Source of the DNA: an uncultured archaeon
GTDB lineage: Archaea; Altiarchaeota; Altiarchaeia; JAFGQM01
DNA: 64,000 nucleotides
Direction of reading: 5' to 3'
Assembly (NCBI GenBank): GCA_964619365.1
Contig: CAZUDQ010000004.1
Coordinates: 3,963-67,962, forward strand
In this document: one piece after another, positions 46,201 to 55,571 of the stretch
How the letters are laid out: each line of letters opens with the position of its first letter
Numbering within the stretch: the first letter of the stretch is position 1
Notes under the pieces: model-generated
Told to the model about the DNA's origin: nothing
Databases searched by the model: none
What the model saw: the letters and a program-made list of their open reading frames with translations, nothing else
Made by a program: the position numbers and the translations under genes

Positions 46201-48062
46201 CGTTTATACCTTCAGAGTGTTTGGCTGTCTTTAACTTGGAATGTGGGAACAAAGGTGATATTAATGATGATGGTAAGATAGATGAAATAGACTTCACTAT
46301 AATAAAACTAGCAGCAAATGGCCTTATATCAGAAGATGTAGTCGGAATTGAGTGTCTGGATGTGGATATAGATTCAAAAATAACTAAAGATGATGTTACG
46401 TGTCTAAGTGAATATTTCAACGGAGATATGGATGAGTGGATGCTTTGCCTTAATTGTGAAGAAAACTTACCTCCTGAGGCCTGGAGCACTCTTGAGATTT
46501 GCAATGACGGATATGACAACAACTGTGATAACCTAAAAGATTTAGAGGACCCGATGTGTTCCTGCATAAATTCGACTTCATGTGATATGGTTTACGACAC
46601 AGATCGCGGAGTTAATGTTGGTGTTGAAGATGATAAGTACGAAGTATGTCGCAGCGTCTCATGGGATGATCATAAGGGGTACACATGGTATGAATTTCCG
46701 TTCCCTCCAGAATGTGAAAAGGATAATGAGTGTGAAACTTATTCTTGTGATGGGAATACCTGGCAATGCTCTACAGGCGAATGGTACAAGATAGCTCCAA
46801 CCGATACTCTGCCCGGTGAGACATGTGGAGATGGCTGGGACAATGATTGTTCTGGCGGCGATGCAGCCTGTCCAAGCAGAGGCGGCGATGAGGTGCCGGA
46901 TGGATGTCCCTTTATATACGCATATGACGGCAAGAATTATGTCCTAGAGGCTGCAGGGTTTTCACTCGCATTAGCCAAGCCATTAGAAGGTTATAGCTAT
47001 TCTGCCTTGCCGGATATGGCCCCAACAGAAAAAGGAACGTTAAACGTTTCGATAGCCCAGCAGCTTCCAGAGAAAACTCGTGTAAACACCATGCGCCTTT
47101 TTGCCATAAATCATTTGACTGGACTTGAGATAGTCCCTGGGACACAAGGCGAGTTTTATACAATTTTAAATCCCGCCTCACCAGTCTCATGTCACGCAGT
47201 CCTTGCAGACGAGAATTGTCTATCCGGAGTTTTGGAGCCCGAAGGCAAAACATATCTTTATAACTTGAGTACGCGTCCGTACCCATATGATTTTGATAAG
47301 AGTTTTGAATACATGGAACTTACTTTTGACTTGCCCGAAGGCGCCAGTGAAGATGCAGTCATTATTTTAAAAGGAAAAGTTCAACACATGATGGTTTTTG
47401 CAACTTGGGCCATGTTTGAGAATATGGGTAATGGAAACCTTGGCACCTTTGCAGTATCCTTTTTTACGGCCCTGCCCAGCTTCATTGACCGTAATGGTAA
47501 AGTCAAAGTAGACGTAGAACGCAACGGCAACTGGGAATTTGTAGGACATCAAATACTTGCACATTCAATAGCTGGCGACGCCGGGAAGATAGCAATACCC
47601 GTAAAGATTAACAAAGATTCAGACGAGCTTAAAATCAGGCTAGGGTTTAGACAAGGTGGGTTTGAAATAGATTATGTCGCTCTTGACGCGTCAGGAAAAA
47701 GTCCAATAGAAGTCGAGGAACTTCCAATGCTAAGTGCAAAGAAAAATGATGGGAATGATGTCTTGGATGAGCTTCTAACAGACGATGACAAGTATGAGAT
47801 CATAACACAAGGCGAGTGGATAGAAACTGAATTTGCACTCCCCGCACGTAATTCTGATTTACCAGAAACTTCATATGTTGTTTGGCCAAAAGGATATTTT
47901 ACCTTTGAAATAGATTCGCAGTTTACTGTAGCACCCATGGACGTGTTTAGAACAGTTTTTGACGACAGTCTGATGCATGAATACGTGGCTAAGAACTATT
48001 TGCCAAATATTGAAGCTTTCAGGGACGTTTACTACTCAGTAGACATTGGAATAAACGACTAA
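43272..48062 (+). CDS. Giant (1596 aa) membrane-anchored surface protein with Cys-rich repeats and dockerin-like EF-hand loops
   Basis: N-terminal TM; CGD.LCD..ENC.TCPEDC; GD.N.D..ID..D loops; EICNDG.DNNC motifs; GCPFIY.YDG domain. Confidence 0.8.
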   Translation: MSINDKLLPLLEKIHLAGFFEEKNIPPIAFPIGMIVLIGIIAFLLFSGGSSNVICGDALCDSTENCTTCPEDCGNCADSKKEFEGLPATKEVSVILTGAPIQSTLSVSLQDDSGTTLQGKTGKSSEFTFQIPTTANVVRAIVKNLDTGNAINSDFFSIEVGDPTIPVMIPSDFFDQGHEETATLIVSLKNAKTMTPISGKISIVLPSGSSYSVVETKQSTGGVASFSLEPGTYAVITEASAYSSYDNRNSPVTLSSGRTLSITAPMEPVTKTRTINFCAGQNAPIIAVYTSSGTLLSELTTDSFGCAEFEMDEGTTGYARAMALDPSCSSSDAMFSEDSSNSLVISVVCGDMVSQIRAEVIGLNNEVLTENATVNLFYEDGTRISGSGTAGALMPNGTATEYVHVDSTDTVYFVVTGVNGYLDFTSRKYEVLQGEAKTVKLNLIVAPEPKPEMEFRELYFPTTAIAGKEFKVSFQKALCNGEDVTATENFKVSFTGGNCSILGTTITYLPSVSHLGEQTIEIYNNDNADCIALIKKNISVFESGENPFEVIPYAITGLDAPVTVPFAITFNGTPILNDFDYILKAKYSEGGIALPEEPLLSEADEYLYTKIDSPFTGDHALEINLSKVVGDVYYAGSFEISNIRSYPRNQKIKIESTVSPRFPYPTEGFYVAIKLQAGSWIIKGLENVYAEFYSTTQKMYWNPASQIYSTSFEAPLSEGIFPVTFKVGGATLAEENVYVANTALERSSTCEIANCADINDVRACVYSHNKQSMHTTREVIGCFENGWGTVLSSEEFSLLHCTEDSASKGDWNNNCYLDTTGELSDRAILSEALSRLSEDELYSYLGCGDMDNDLDVDKDDLVCLTNVASGKWFGDTGTSSNSDICSSQLMGGFCFDIKTSSAIPGDFNNDKDIDSDDIELMQDIIRAVRSGVTPPSKLLAFADFNQDRTIGQIDLECLEKFKNVNFDSYEAYGQQVSFIPSECLAVFNLECGNKGDINDDGKIDEIDFTIIKLAANGLISEDVVGIECLDVDIDSKITKDDVTCLSEYFNGDMDEWMLCLNCEENLPPEAWSTLEICNDGYDNNCDNLKDLEDPMCSCINSTSCDMVYDTDRGVNVGVEDDKYEVCRSVSWDDHKGYTWYEFPFPPECEKDNECETYSCDGNTWQCSTGEWYKIAPTDTLPGETCGDGWDNDCSGGDAACPSRGGDEVPDGCPFIYAYDGKNYVLEAAGFSLALAKPLEGYSYSALPDMAPTEKGTLNVSIAQQLPEKTRVNTMRLFAINHLTGLEIVPGTQGEFYTILNPASPVSCHAVLADENCLSGVLEPEGKTYLYNLSTRPYPYDFDKSFEYMELTFDLPEGASEDAVIILKGKVQHMMVFATWAMFENMGNGNLGTFAVSFFTALPSFIDRNGKVKVDVERNGNWEFVGHQILAHSIAGDAGKIAIPVKINKDSDELKIRLGFRQGGFEIDYVALDASGKSPIEVEELPMLSAKKNDGNDVLDELLTDDDKYEIITQGEWIETEFALPARNSDLPETSYVVWPKGYFTFEIDSQFTVAPMDVFRTVFDDSLMHEYVAKNYLPNIEAFRDVYYSVDIGIND

Positions 48063-50413
48063 ATCTTTTTTATCTTAAGATTCTTGATTCTCCCGGTACC
48101 CTTGATATCCTCGATAAGTGGGGTAAGGAGCTCTGGTTCCTTTACTTCTATTTCAAGTTCGTCTAGCTCTGCCCCAAGACTTAGGTTGTTATCGCTCTTG
48201 TACTTCCGGATATAGTCAATCGCATCAATCATAGCTTCACAAGCTGCTTTTGCAGAGTCATCAATATTTGACTCATCAACTTCAGGGTATTTCTCCTGAT
48301 GGATTGAATACTTACCGAAAAGTTCAGCGTATAATTCTTCAGTTATGTGTGGCGCGATAGGAGCAAGGAGCCTGAGAGATTTTTCAAGTGCGACATAAAG
48401 CGTATACTGCGCCGCACGCCGCGACTCTTCACCATATTCCTCAGGTTTATAAAGCCTGTATTTTACCATCTCGAGGTAGTAGTCGGCAAGGTCGTGCCAG
48501 ATAAATGTTCGAATCCCTTGGAGAGGGACATTAAACGTTTTATTGTCAAAACCACGCCTTGCTTCGCGCGCTACTTCTTCAATCCGCGAAAGTATCCATT
48601 TATCGGTCATGCGAAGCTCTGGGACATCTGCCGTCGGGTCGAAATCCTCAAGATGCCCGGAGATGAATCTTGATACATTCCAGAGTTTGGTAAGGAACCT
48701 TCCTGAGTGTTCGCATTCATCCCATGAGAACTGGAAGTCTTCGCCTAAGGAACCTGATGCTGCCCACTGACGGATTGCATCCGCAGAGTATTTCTCAAGG
48801 ACGGTTTCAGGCTCGATGACATTGCCTAAGGACTTACTCATCTTCTTGCCATCAGGCCCTCCGACCATGCCGTTAATCATAAGCTCCTTAAAGCAGGGCT
48901 TGCCAGTTAAAATAAGATTGCGAAATATCGTGTAAAATGTCCAGGTCCTGATTATTTCATAGCCTTGTGAGCGCAATGATGCAGGATAAGTCTTACTAAA
49001 GAACTCTTCATCCTCATGCCATTTTGTTATTGTAAGTGGTGACATTGACGAATCAACCCAGCAGTCACAGACGTCAATCTCTCCGTGGGCAACACCGCCG
49101 CACTCGCAGTCTTTTGTCGTCCCCCGCGGGTCTACCGGAAGTTCGTCTATTGTAGCAGGAATCGCTTTTTTGCACCTGTCACAAACCCAAAATGGGATGG
49201 GTGTTCCAAAGACTCTTTGACGTGAGATTATCCAGTCCCAGTCCATAGCCTCAGTCCAGTCTTTCAAGCGACCTAACATGTACTCCGGGCGCCAGTCCAT
49301 AGTGTCTGCCGCGTCTTCAATATCTTTAAGAGAATCCTTGATTTTTATGAACCACTGTTCGGTCGGAAGGAGTTCAATCGGGTTGTTACACGAGCTCCTT
49401 TCAGTATGGCATAAGACGTTGTGTTGGTATTCCTCAACTTTCCTTAGACAGCCAAGCTTTTCAAGTTCTTCAGCGACATGTTCGCGCGCGTCTTTTAGCT
49501 TCATTCCAGCAAGCATACCGCACGCTTCAGTCATCTTGCCATATGGGGTTATAGCGATTATAACGGGGAGCTTGTATTTCTTCTGCCAGCGGATGTCTTG
49601 CTCATCACCAAAAGTACAAAGATAGACAACACCCGTTCCAAACTCCATATCGACGTCTTCATCAGCAATGATGGGTACGCGGTTGCCAAATATTGGCATT
49701 GTCGCTTCCTTTCCGACAAAGCTTTTGTAGCGAGAGTCTTTGGGGTTAACAAGAACTGCAACGCATGCAGGCATCATCTCTGGACGACTTGTTCCGATTG
49801 TGAATTTGTGCCCACCTTCAACTGCGATATCAATATGATAAAGTTTGCCGGTGCCTTCAATATGACCTACTTCAGCCTTTGCTAGAGCAGTCCCACATTT
49901 TGTGCACCAGAGCACCGGATGCTTCTCACGGAAAAGGAGATCTTTTTCATAGAAATCAAGCAGGCTCTTTTGAACGCGGAGTTTGTAGGAATCATCCATG
50001 GTTCTATACGAATGTTCCCAGTCCGTGCTGTAACCAAGGCTCTTAAACTGAGATTTCATGCGAGTGATAGCTTTTTCAGTCCAGTCGCGGCAGGCAAGAA
50101 GGAACTCGTCCCTGTTTTGCTTCTTTACCTTCATTTTCTTTTCAACGGCAAGCTCTGTTGGAAGGCCGTGACAGTCAAAGCCCTGTGGGAGAAGGACAGA
50201 GTGCCCTGTCATGCGCTTATACCTTGCGACAAAGTCAATCCATGCGTGATTATAAACGTGACCTAAGTGAAGGCTTCCTGAGGTAAACGGCGGAGGCGTA
50301 TCGATAGAATACACAGGAAGCTCGCTTTTGACATCAAACTTATAGATGCCGTCAGCTTCCCACTTATCCTGCCACTTCTTCTCAATCTCCGTCCCGAACC
50401 TTTTTGGAAGCAT
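48059..50413 (-). CDS. valS: Valyl-tRNA synthetase (start moved to ATG 50413)
   Basis: IDTPPPFTSGSLHLGH, GFDCHGLPTE, SRPEM, WDWIISRQR.FGTPIP, QGYEIIRTW, KMSKS. Confidence 0.97.
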   Translation of the reverse strand: MLPKRFGTEIEKKWQDKWEADGIYKFDVKSELPVYSIDTPPPFTSGSLHLGHVYNHAWIDFVARYKRMTGHSVLLPQGFDCHGLPTELAVEKKMKVKKQNRDEFLLACRDWTEKAITRMKSQFKSLGYSTDWEHSYRTMDDSYKLRVQKSLLDFYEKDLLFREKHPVLWCTKCGTALAKAEVGHIEGTGKLYHIDIAVEGGHKFTIGTSRPEMMPACVAVLVNPKDSRYKSFVGKEATMPIFGNRVPIIADEDVDMEFGTGVVYLCTFGDEQDIRWQKKYKLPVIIAITPYGKMTEACGMLAGMKLKDAREHVAEELEKLGCLRKVEEYQHNVLCHTERSSCNNPIELLPTEQWFIKIKDSLKDIEDAADTMDWRPEYMLGRLKDWTEAMDWDWIISRQRVFGTPIPFWVCDRCKKAIPATIDELPVDPRGTTKDCECGGVAHGEIDVCDCWVDSSMSPLTITKWHEDEEFFSKTYPASLRSQGYEIIRTWTFYTIFRNLILTGKPCFKELMINGMVGGPDGKKMSKSLGNVIEPETVLEKYSADAIRQWAASGSLGEDFQFSWDECEHSGRFLTKLWNVSRFISGHLEDFDPTADVPELRMTDKWILSRIEEVAREARRGFDNKTFNVPLQGIRTFIWHDLADYYLEMVKYRLYKPEEYGEESRRAAQYTLYVALEKSLRLLAPIAPHITEELYAELFGKYSIHQEKYPEVDESNIDDSAKAACEAMIDAIDYIRKYKSDNNLSLGAELDELEIEVKEPELLTPLIEDIKGTGRIKNLKIKKI

Positions 50414-50540
50414 TTTAATAGTTAGAATCAATCCTTGCATGTACAAGAAAAGAAATCGTAAATTTTGAACCTTTGAATTAAAATACTGTTTTCCCGCTAA
50501 GCAGGTTTTATATAACAAAACATAATCTAAACCGCTAAAA

Positions 50541-51140
50541 ATGGAAAAGAACATTATGATTGTAATGGGAGCCGTTGTGATTGTGGCAGTAGTAATTGCT
50601 GCAGTTTTACTAATGGGTTCTGGAACGACACCAACACAGGATAAGCCGATACTAATAGAGAAAACGACACCAGCTGAGAAGCTGACTCCAACAACTACAC
50701 CAGAAAAAAACGAGTCGGACGACAATATCCCAGAAGAGCCTCAGACAGTTGAAGGATGCAAAAAATTAGGTGAAGTCAACCTAACAAATGCGTGCCTTAG
50801 TGTTGTTGCAATGAAAGAAAAAAACGCGACAATATGTGAGATGGTAAGCACTGATTGGCAGTCTGAGTGTTATCAGAACGTGGCCCACATGTTTAAGGAT
50901 AACATTACAAAGTGTAAAGGAATGACTGACAATACAACAGAGTCCTGTCTTGAACTTCTTGCAATGAAGACAAAAAACCCATATATCTGCACTGAAATCT
51001 CAGAGAAATGGCAAAACGAGTGTTACAATAATGTTGCAGTCGCATCAAAAGACGCTATAATCTGCGGGGAAGTCAAAGGTGACAACTGGCTTATGAATTA
51101 TTGCAAGGCATACATTGCAAACGAAACTAAGTCTAGTTAA
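50541..51140 (+). CDS. Membrane-anchored protein with about four Cys-rich (C...C..VA....IC) repeats
   Basis: N-terminal TM, Thr/Pro linker, about 25-aa Cys repeats. Confidence 0.75.
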   Translation: MEKNIMIVMGAVVIVAVVIAAVLLMGSGTTPTQDKPILIEKTTPAEKLTPTTTPEKNESDDNIPEEPQTVEGCKKLGEVNLTNACLSVVAMKEKNATICEMVSTDWQSECYQNVAHMFKDNITKCKGMTDNTTESCLELLAMKTKNPYICTEISEKWQNECYNNVAVASKDAIICGEVKGDNWLMNYCKAYIANETKSS

Positions 51141-51152
51141 TAATTTAGTTTA

Positions 51153-51171
51153 GGCAGGTTTTTTACCTGCC
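51153..51171. terminator. Hairpin, possible terminator
   Basis: GGCAGGT-TTTTT-ACCTGCC just after the stop codon at 51140. Confidence 0.5.
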
Positions 51172-51255
51172 AACTCCCATTTTATTTCTAAATTTTCAAC
51201 TTAGAACCTAGCTAAAAACACTTTTATTCTTAGAGCGCCAAAGAGGGGGACACAA

Positions 51256-52659
51256 ATGGATTTTGAAGGTTTCTGGAACAAGTGCAAGAGTCTCGCGGGG
51301 CAACTCAAAAAAGAAAAGAAGATAACTGTCATCGGGCACTATGACGCTGACGGTATTGCCTCAACAGCGATAATGGTAAAAGCCCTGCGCCGTGCAAATA
51401 TTGAGACAGATTTCATAAACACACGCCAAATAGATGCGGCTCATATTAGTGAAGTCAATTCTACTGATTCTCCAACCGTCCTTTTTGTTGACATGGGTTC
51501 GGGACAGCTTGACTTTCTTCAGGCAGAACTCAAAAAAGAGCGTTTTTATATAATTGACCACCACCCCCCAGTCCGGGAAACTGACAACCAGGTAAACCCA
51601 TTCTTTTATGGAATCAACGGGACAACTGAACTTTCTGCAACAGGCGCCTGCTACTTTGTGGCAAAAGCAATGGACGAGAAAAACATGGACTTATCGCCTA
51701 TCGGCATTGTCGGCGCCGTCGGCGATATGCAAGACCTTCATGGAGGCCTTAAGGGGGCGAACAGAAAGATACTAGCTGACGCTGAGTCAATAGGATATTG
51801 TGACTCCGAGCGCGGCCTTAAGCTTTTTGGAAAGCAATGCAGGAGCCTTCCAAAGATGTTAGAATATTGTTCTGAACCACTCCTTCCAGGACTCACAGGA
51901 AATTATATGGCATGTGTTAATTTTATCAAATCCAAAGGAATTCTGCTAAACGACCCTGCAAGTGGCGAACCGAGGCGGTATTGCAACCTTTCCCACGAAG
52001 AAAAAAAAGCTCTGACAAGCGCTCTTTACATGCTTCTTTTAGACCATAACGCGACTCATCTTGTAACTGATATGCTAATTGGCGAAGTCTATGAATTCCC
52101 AAAGGAAAAAAATGGTTCAGAGCTGCGCGATGCAAAGGAGTTTGCAACAGTTCTTAACGCTTGCGGGCGTCATGACAAAGGAGAAGTCGGGGTTACTGTA
52201 TGCATGGGTGATCGCTCGCGCGCCTGGTCTGATGCGGCAACACTTCTTGAGCGACATAGAAAAGAGCTTAGGGAAGGCATCGAATGGATTAAGGAAAATG
52301 GACTTGAGGAGTTCCCCCACATGTATTTCTTTGATGGGTCAGGTGCCATAAAAGAGACCTTAGTGGGTATCATTGCCGGAATGAGTTATGGTGCGATGCC
52401 AATATCCCAAAACAAGCCGATAATCGCGATGGGTGAAACTGATGAAGGCGAGATAAAGATATCAGGACGTGGCAATAAAGACCTTGTCAAGCGCGGCTTA
52501 AAATTAGGGCAAGCCTTAAGGAACGCAACCCAGCCACTTGGTGGAGATGGTGGTGGACACGATGTTGCCGCAGGAGCAAAAATCCCGTCCGGGAAAAAAG
52601 AAGAGTTTAAAGTGGCAATTGATGCTGAAATAGCAAAACAGATAGGTGAGAGCAAATAA
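51256..52659 (+). CDS. DHH/DHHA1 phosphoesterase (archaeal RecJ/GAN-like)
   Basis: HYDADG, DMGSG, IDHH, GAVGD, LNACGR, ISGR, GGGHDVAAGA. Confidence 0.92.
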   Translation: MDFEGFWNKCKSLAGQLKKEKKITVIGHYDADGIASTAIMVKALRRANIETDFINTRQIDAAHISEVNSTDSPTVLFVDMGSGQLDFLQAELKKERFYIIDHHPPVRETDNQVNPFFYGINGTTELSATGACYFVAKAMDEKNMDLSPIGIVGAVGDMQDLHGGLKGANRKILADAESIGYCDSERGLKLFGKQCRSLPKMLEYCSEPLLPGLTGNYMACVNFIKSKGILLNDPASGEPRRYCNLSHEEKKALTSALYMLLLDHNATHLVTDMLIGEVYEFPKEKNGSELRDAKEFATVLNACGRHDKGEVGVTVCMGDRSRAWSDAATLLERHRKELREGIEWIKENGLEEFPHMYFFDGSGAIKETLVGIIAGMSYGAMPISQNKPIIAMGETDEGEIKISGRGNKDLVKRGLKLGQALRNATQPLGGDGGGHDVAAGAKIPSGKKEEFKVAIDAEIAKQIGESK

Positions 52660-52709
52660 CGCTTTTATTGTGCGCCAAGTTAAGAAACAAAGATTTAATA
52701 GAATAAAAA

Positions 52710-53087
52710 ATGGCAGGAAAGAATCCTCAGGGTCAAAATGCATCAGGAGTTATAATGATGTTTCTCATATTCTTTTCGACATTCATGTTGATTTCTCTTT
52801 TTATCGGCTTACTTTTCCCCATTGAAGACGAAGCTCTGATTGAAGAGGGGCTTAACAAGACTGGAGAACATAATCTATCAACGATAGGTCAGATTGAGGC
52901 TGAATTTGGTGTGGAGAACCTTTCTTCAGAAAGCGGTCTTGAGAACACAACCCAGGTAATTGTGATAAATAAGACAGTTGAAGTCACCCCGGAGCGCGCC
53001 GAGACAAGTATATTAGCAATAATTCTGATAGCAGCCTTCATGTTACTTGTGGCCGTATATATCTCAAAAGACAGCAAGAAGAAATAA
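52710..53087 (+). CDS. Hypothetical two-TM membrane protein
   Basis: Two hydrophobic segments flanking an acidic loop. Confidence 0.65.
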   Translation: MAGKNPQGQNASGVIMMFLIFFSTFMLISLFIGLLFPIEDEALIEEGLNKTGEHNLSTIGQIEAEFGVENLSSESGLENTTQVIVINKTVEVTPERAETSILAIILIAAFMLLVAVYISKDSKKK

Positions 53088-53162
53088 ATGTTGCTTATCC
53101 TGTACCGATTCCTTAAGCAACCATTAGTTCGAATTTATTAAAGTTGCCAGCTTTAATTTAAC

Positions 53163-54050
53163 ATGTTAGAGTCTGTTATATCTCCCTGTTGTGCAGAAAA
53201 AAATCCCTGGGACATGATTATTCTTGCAATAATCCTCTCAACAATAGGCATATTCTGTGGGCATTACCTTTCGCCCCTACTTGGCGTTCCTGCAAGCATG
53301 CTTTCCCTTGCAATAACTGTCATGGCTCTTGCTCCTTTGATACACAGACTTATTGTGATGGATGAGCGAGTTGAGGAGGATGCCGACCATTCTTCAGTCT
53401 TTGGTTTTGTCACAAGGCATATAGACATAATAATGGTTTATTCCTTTATATTTATTGGTCTTCTTTGCTCATTTTGTTTCTGGTATGTCTTCTTACCGCC
53501 ATCAACCACAGATTTTCCAAGTGCAGAAGGGATTTTTGGCGAACAGGAACTCTCGGTGGGGGCAGTGCGCCAAAAGATTGCAACAAGCGTTCCAACCGCA
53601 AAGGCAATATCCACAAATGCCATACTTGAAAATAAGATGAGTAATTATGTCGCAAACAATCTGTGGGTAATGGCGCTATGTTTTGCATCTTCGCTTCTTT
53701 TTGGTGCAGGAGCCCTCTGGATAACAACATGGAACGCCTCAACAATAGGTGTAGCAGTCGGCGCAAGCATCAATTCGGCAACAGCTGCAGGGGCAGACAA
53801 GGTGGCGGCTTTTGCAACAGGCTTTCCGACACTTACTTTAGGTATGGCGGCATGGGCGATACCTGAGATACTTGCATACCTTCTTGCAGGAATCGGAGGG
53901 GGTATTTTAGCTGCTGCCGTAATCCGCCACAACTTCAAGGACGAAAAATTCATAATTGCCGCATTTGACGGCTTAGTCTTCCTTCTTTTAGGCTTTGTGT
54001 TGGTGATTGTTGCGGCACTCGTCGAAACATACTTACCTACAATGGTTTAG
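53163..54050 (+). CDS. SpoIIM-family membrane protein
   Basis: NNL.V...C...S..FG.GA......WNAS..G, PE..AY..AGIGGG, AA.VET. Confidence 0.82.
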   Translation: MLESVISPCCAEKNPWDMIILAIILSTIGIFCGHYLSPLLGVPASMLSLAITVMALAPLIHRLIVMDERVEEDADHSSVFGFVTRHIDIIMVYSFIFIGLLCSFCFWYVFLPPSTTDFPSAEGIFGEQELSVGAVRQKIATSVPTAKAISTNAILENKMSNYVANNLWVMALCFASSLLFGAGALWITTWNASTIGVAVGASINSATAAGADKVAAFATGFPTLTLGMAAWAIPEILAYLLAGIGGGILAAAVIRHNFKDEKFIIAAFDGLVFLLLGFVLVIVAALVETYLPTMV

Positions 54051-54098
54051 GGTGCAGTTTTTCAGTATATATTAATTAAGCGTAAAATATAGCGAAAA

Positions 54099-54668
54099 AT
54101 GGGAAAAATCATCATTCTTGATAACGGCGGCCAGTATGTACACAGGATATGGCGCAGCCTTCGGGAAATCGGCCAGGAGTCTGAGATAGTACCCCGGGAC
54201 AAAATAATGGATAAGCTTCACAGCGAAAAGCCAATAGGCCTAATCCTTTCTGGCGGTCCGACATCAGTTTATAACGATGACCTTGGACTCTCAAAAGAGC
54301 TGCTCTCACTTAATATACCAATTCTTGGTATCTGCTGGGGCCACCAGTTCATCGCGCATTCCCTTGGTGGAAAAGTAGAATATGGCGACAAAGGTGAATA
54401 TGGCCACTCAGAGATATTTGTCGATACTGAAGACACTATACTTAAAGGCATGCCCGAAAAATTCCAGGCGTGGGTATCCCACAGAGACGAAGTTGTAAGC
54501 CTCCCCAAAGATTTTCTCCCTCTTGCCCATTCAGAGCGCTGTAATATAGAGGCTATGTCGTGTGAAGAAAAGCGCATGTACGGCGTTCAGTTCCACCCAG
54601 AGGTTTTTCACACCGAAAACGGTAAACTCATACTTAGTAATTTCACAGATGTCTGCAAGAATGGCTGA
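54099..54668 (+). CDS. guaAA: GMP synthase glutamine amidotransferase subunit A
   Basis: DNGGQYVHRI, LSGGP, PILGICWGHQ, SHRDEV, GVQFHPEV. Confidence 0.92.
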   Translation: MGKIIILDNGGQYVHRIWRSLREIGQESEIVPRDKIMDKLHSEKPIGLILSGGPTSVYNDDLGLSKELLSLNIPILGICWGHQFIAHSLGGKVEYGDKGEYGHSEIFVDTEDTILKGMPEKFQAWVSHRDEVVSLPKDFLPLAHSERCNIEAMSCEEKRMYGVQFHPEVFHTENGKLILSNFTDVCKNG

Positions 54669-55236
54669 AGATAACAAAGACTTAATTGATCTTCTTGACA
54701 AGCTTAAGAAGATGGGTCCTGAGGACGAAAAGCAAGAAGACTCGGTCGCGCCAAAGGAAATTGTCCCTAAAAACGATAAGGACGATGATTTAGATATAGC
54801 CACAATAGAAAGCCTCCTTCCCCCTCCAATGAAAAAAGAGGAGTCAATAGAACCTGACATAAAAAAAGTAGTAAAAGAAGCGCAAAAAGCCGAAAAGAAA
54901 ATGGAGGCGGCTCAAGAAGTCCTTGAAAATGTCGAAAAAACCGAGAAAAACGCCCAAAAAACAATAGGCAAAGATGTAACAAAGCCAAAAGGTGGCGACA
55001 TACTCACAGATGACATAAAAAAGAAGATTGAGGCAATAGAATCCGACATCAGGACAAAAGAGGATAAGATAAACATTGACCTTGAAAAACTTGATGCCCT
55101 TCTTGAGGCTCTAGCCGAGCGCGAGGGCGAGATGCTTGAACATGAAAAGATGCTAAAAGAAAAGGACGAACTTCTCTCAAAACAGCTTTCTGACATGCGC
55201 AAGATTCGCGAGGAATTATCAACAGTCCTAAAATAG
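54661..55236 (+). CDS. Hypothetical charged coiled-coil protein (start moved to ATG 54661)
   Basis: E/K/D-rich heptads; ATG overlaps the guaAA stop region. Confidence 0.7.
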   Translation: MAEDNKDLIDLLDKLKKMGPEDEKQEDSVAPKEIVPKNDKDDDLDIATIESLLPPPMKKEESIEPDIKKVVKEAQKAEKKMEAAQEVLENVEKTEKNAQKTIGKDVTKPKGGDILTDDIKKKIEAIESDIRTKEDKINIDLEKLDALLEALAEREGEMLEHEKMLKEKDELLSKQLSDMRKIREELSTVLK

Positions 55237-55571
55237 TTAAATACAGCGGCGATTGTTGCTCTAAAAAACATGGGTTCGATAGGGGTTTTTATAGGCTCTT
55301 TATCTAATATAAACACCCCAACTGGAGAATTGGTTAATCAAAAACACCTAAAAAAAGCCACAAAAACACTAAGCTTTTTATAGGATGAACGATTAACTTA
55401 CACGTTCAAATTGATGGCCCGAACATCATGTAACCGAGCTGCAAAGGCAGTAGCCACGACTCACGGCGTTTTCGTTGCAGTAGTTCAGACGTCAAAAAGA
55501 GCATCAGATATCATGTTTTATGGGCATTTTGCCTCGTTATCTATATAAGAACCAAAATTTTGGTAAAAAAA

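Noticed and set aside
50414-50725. 104-aa N-terminal extension of ValRS
   Set aside because: It overlaps the opposite-strand gene at 50541 and lacks ValRS features; the real start is likely 50413.
55267-55290. GGGTTCGAT T-loop-like string
   Set aside because: There is no T-stem, acceptor or anticodon arm, so it is not a tRNA.
55240-55560. Intergenic gap as SRP RNA, RNase P RNA or 5S rRNA
   Set aside because: The conserved SRP helix-8 and RNase P P4 motifs were not found on either strand.
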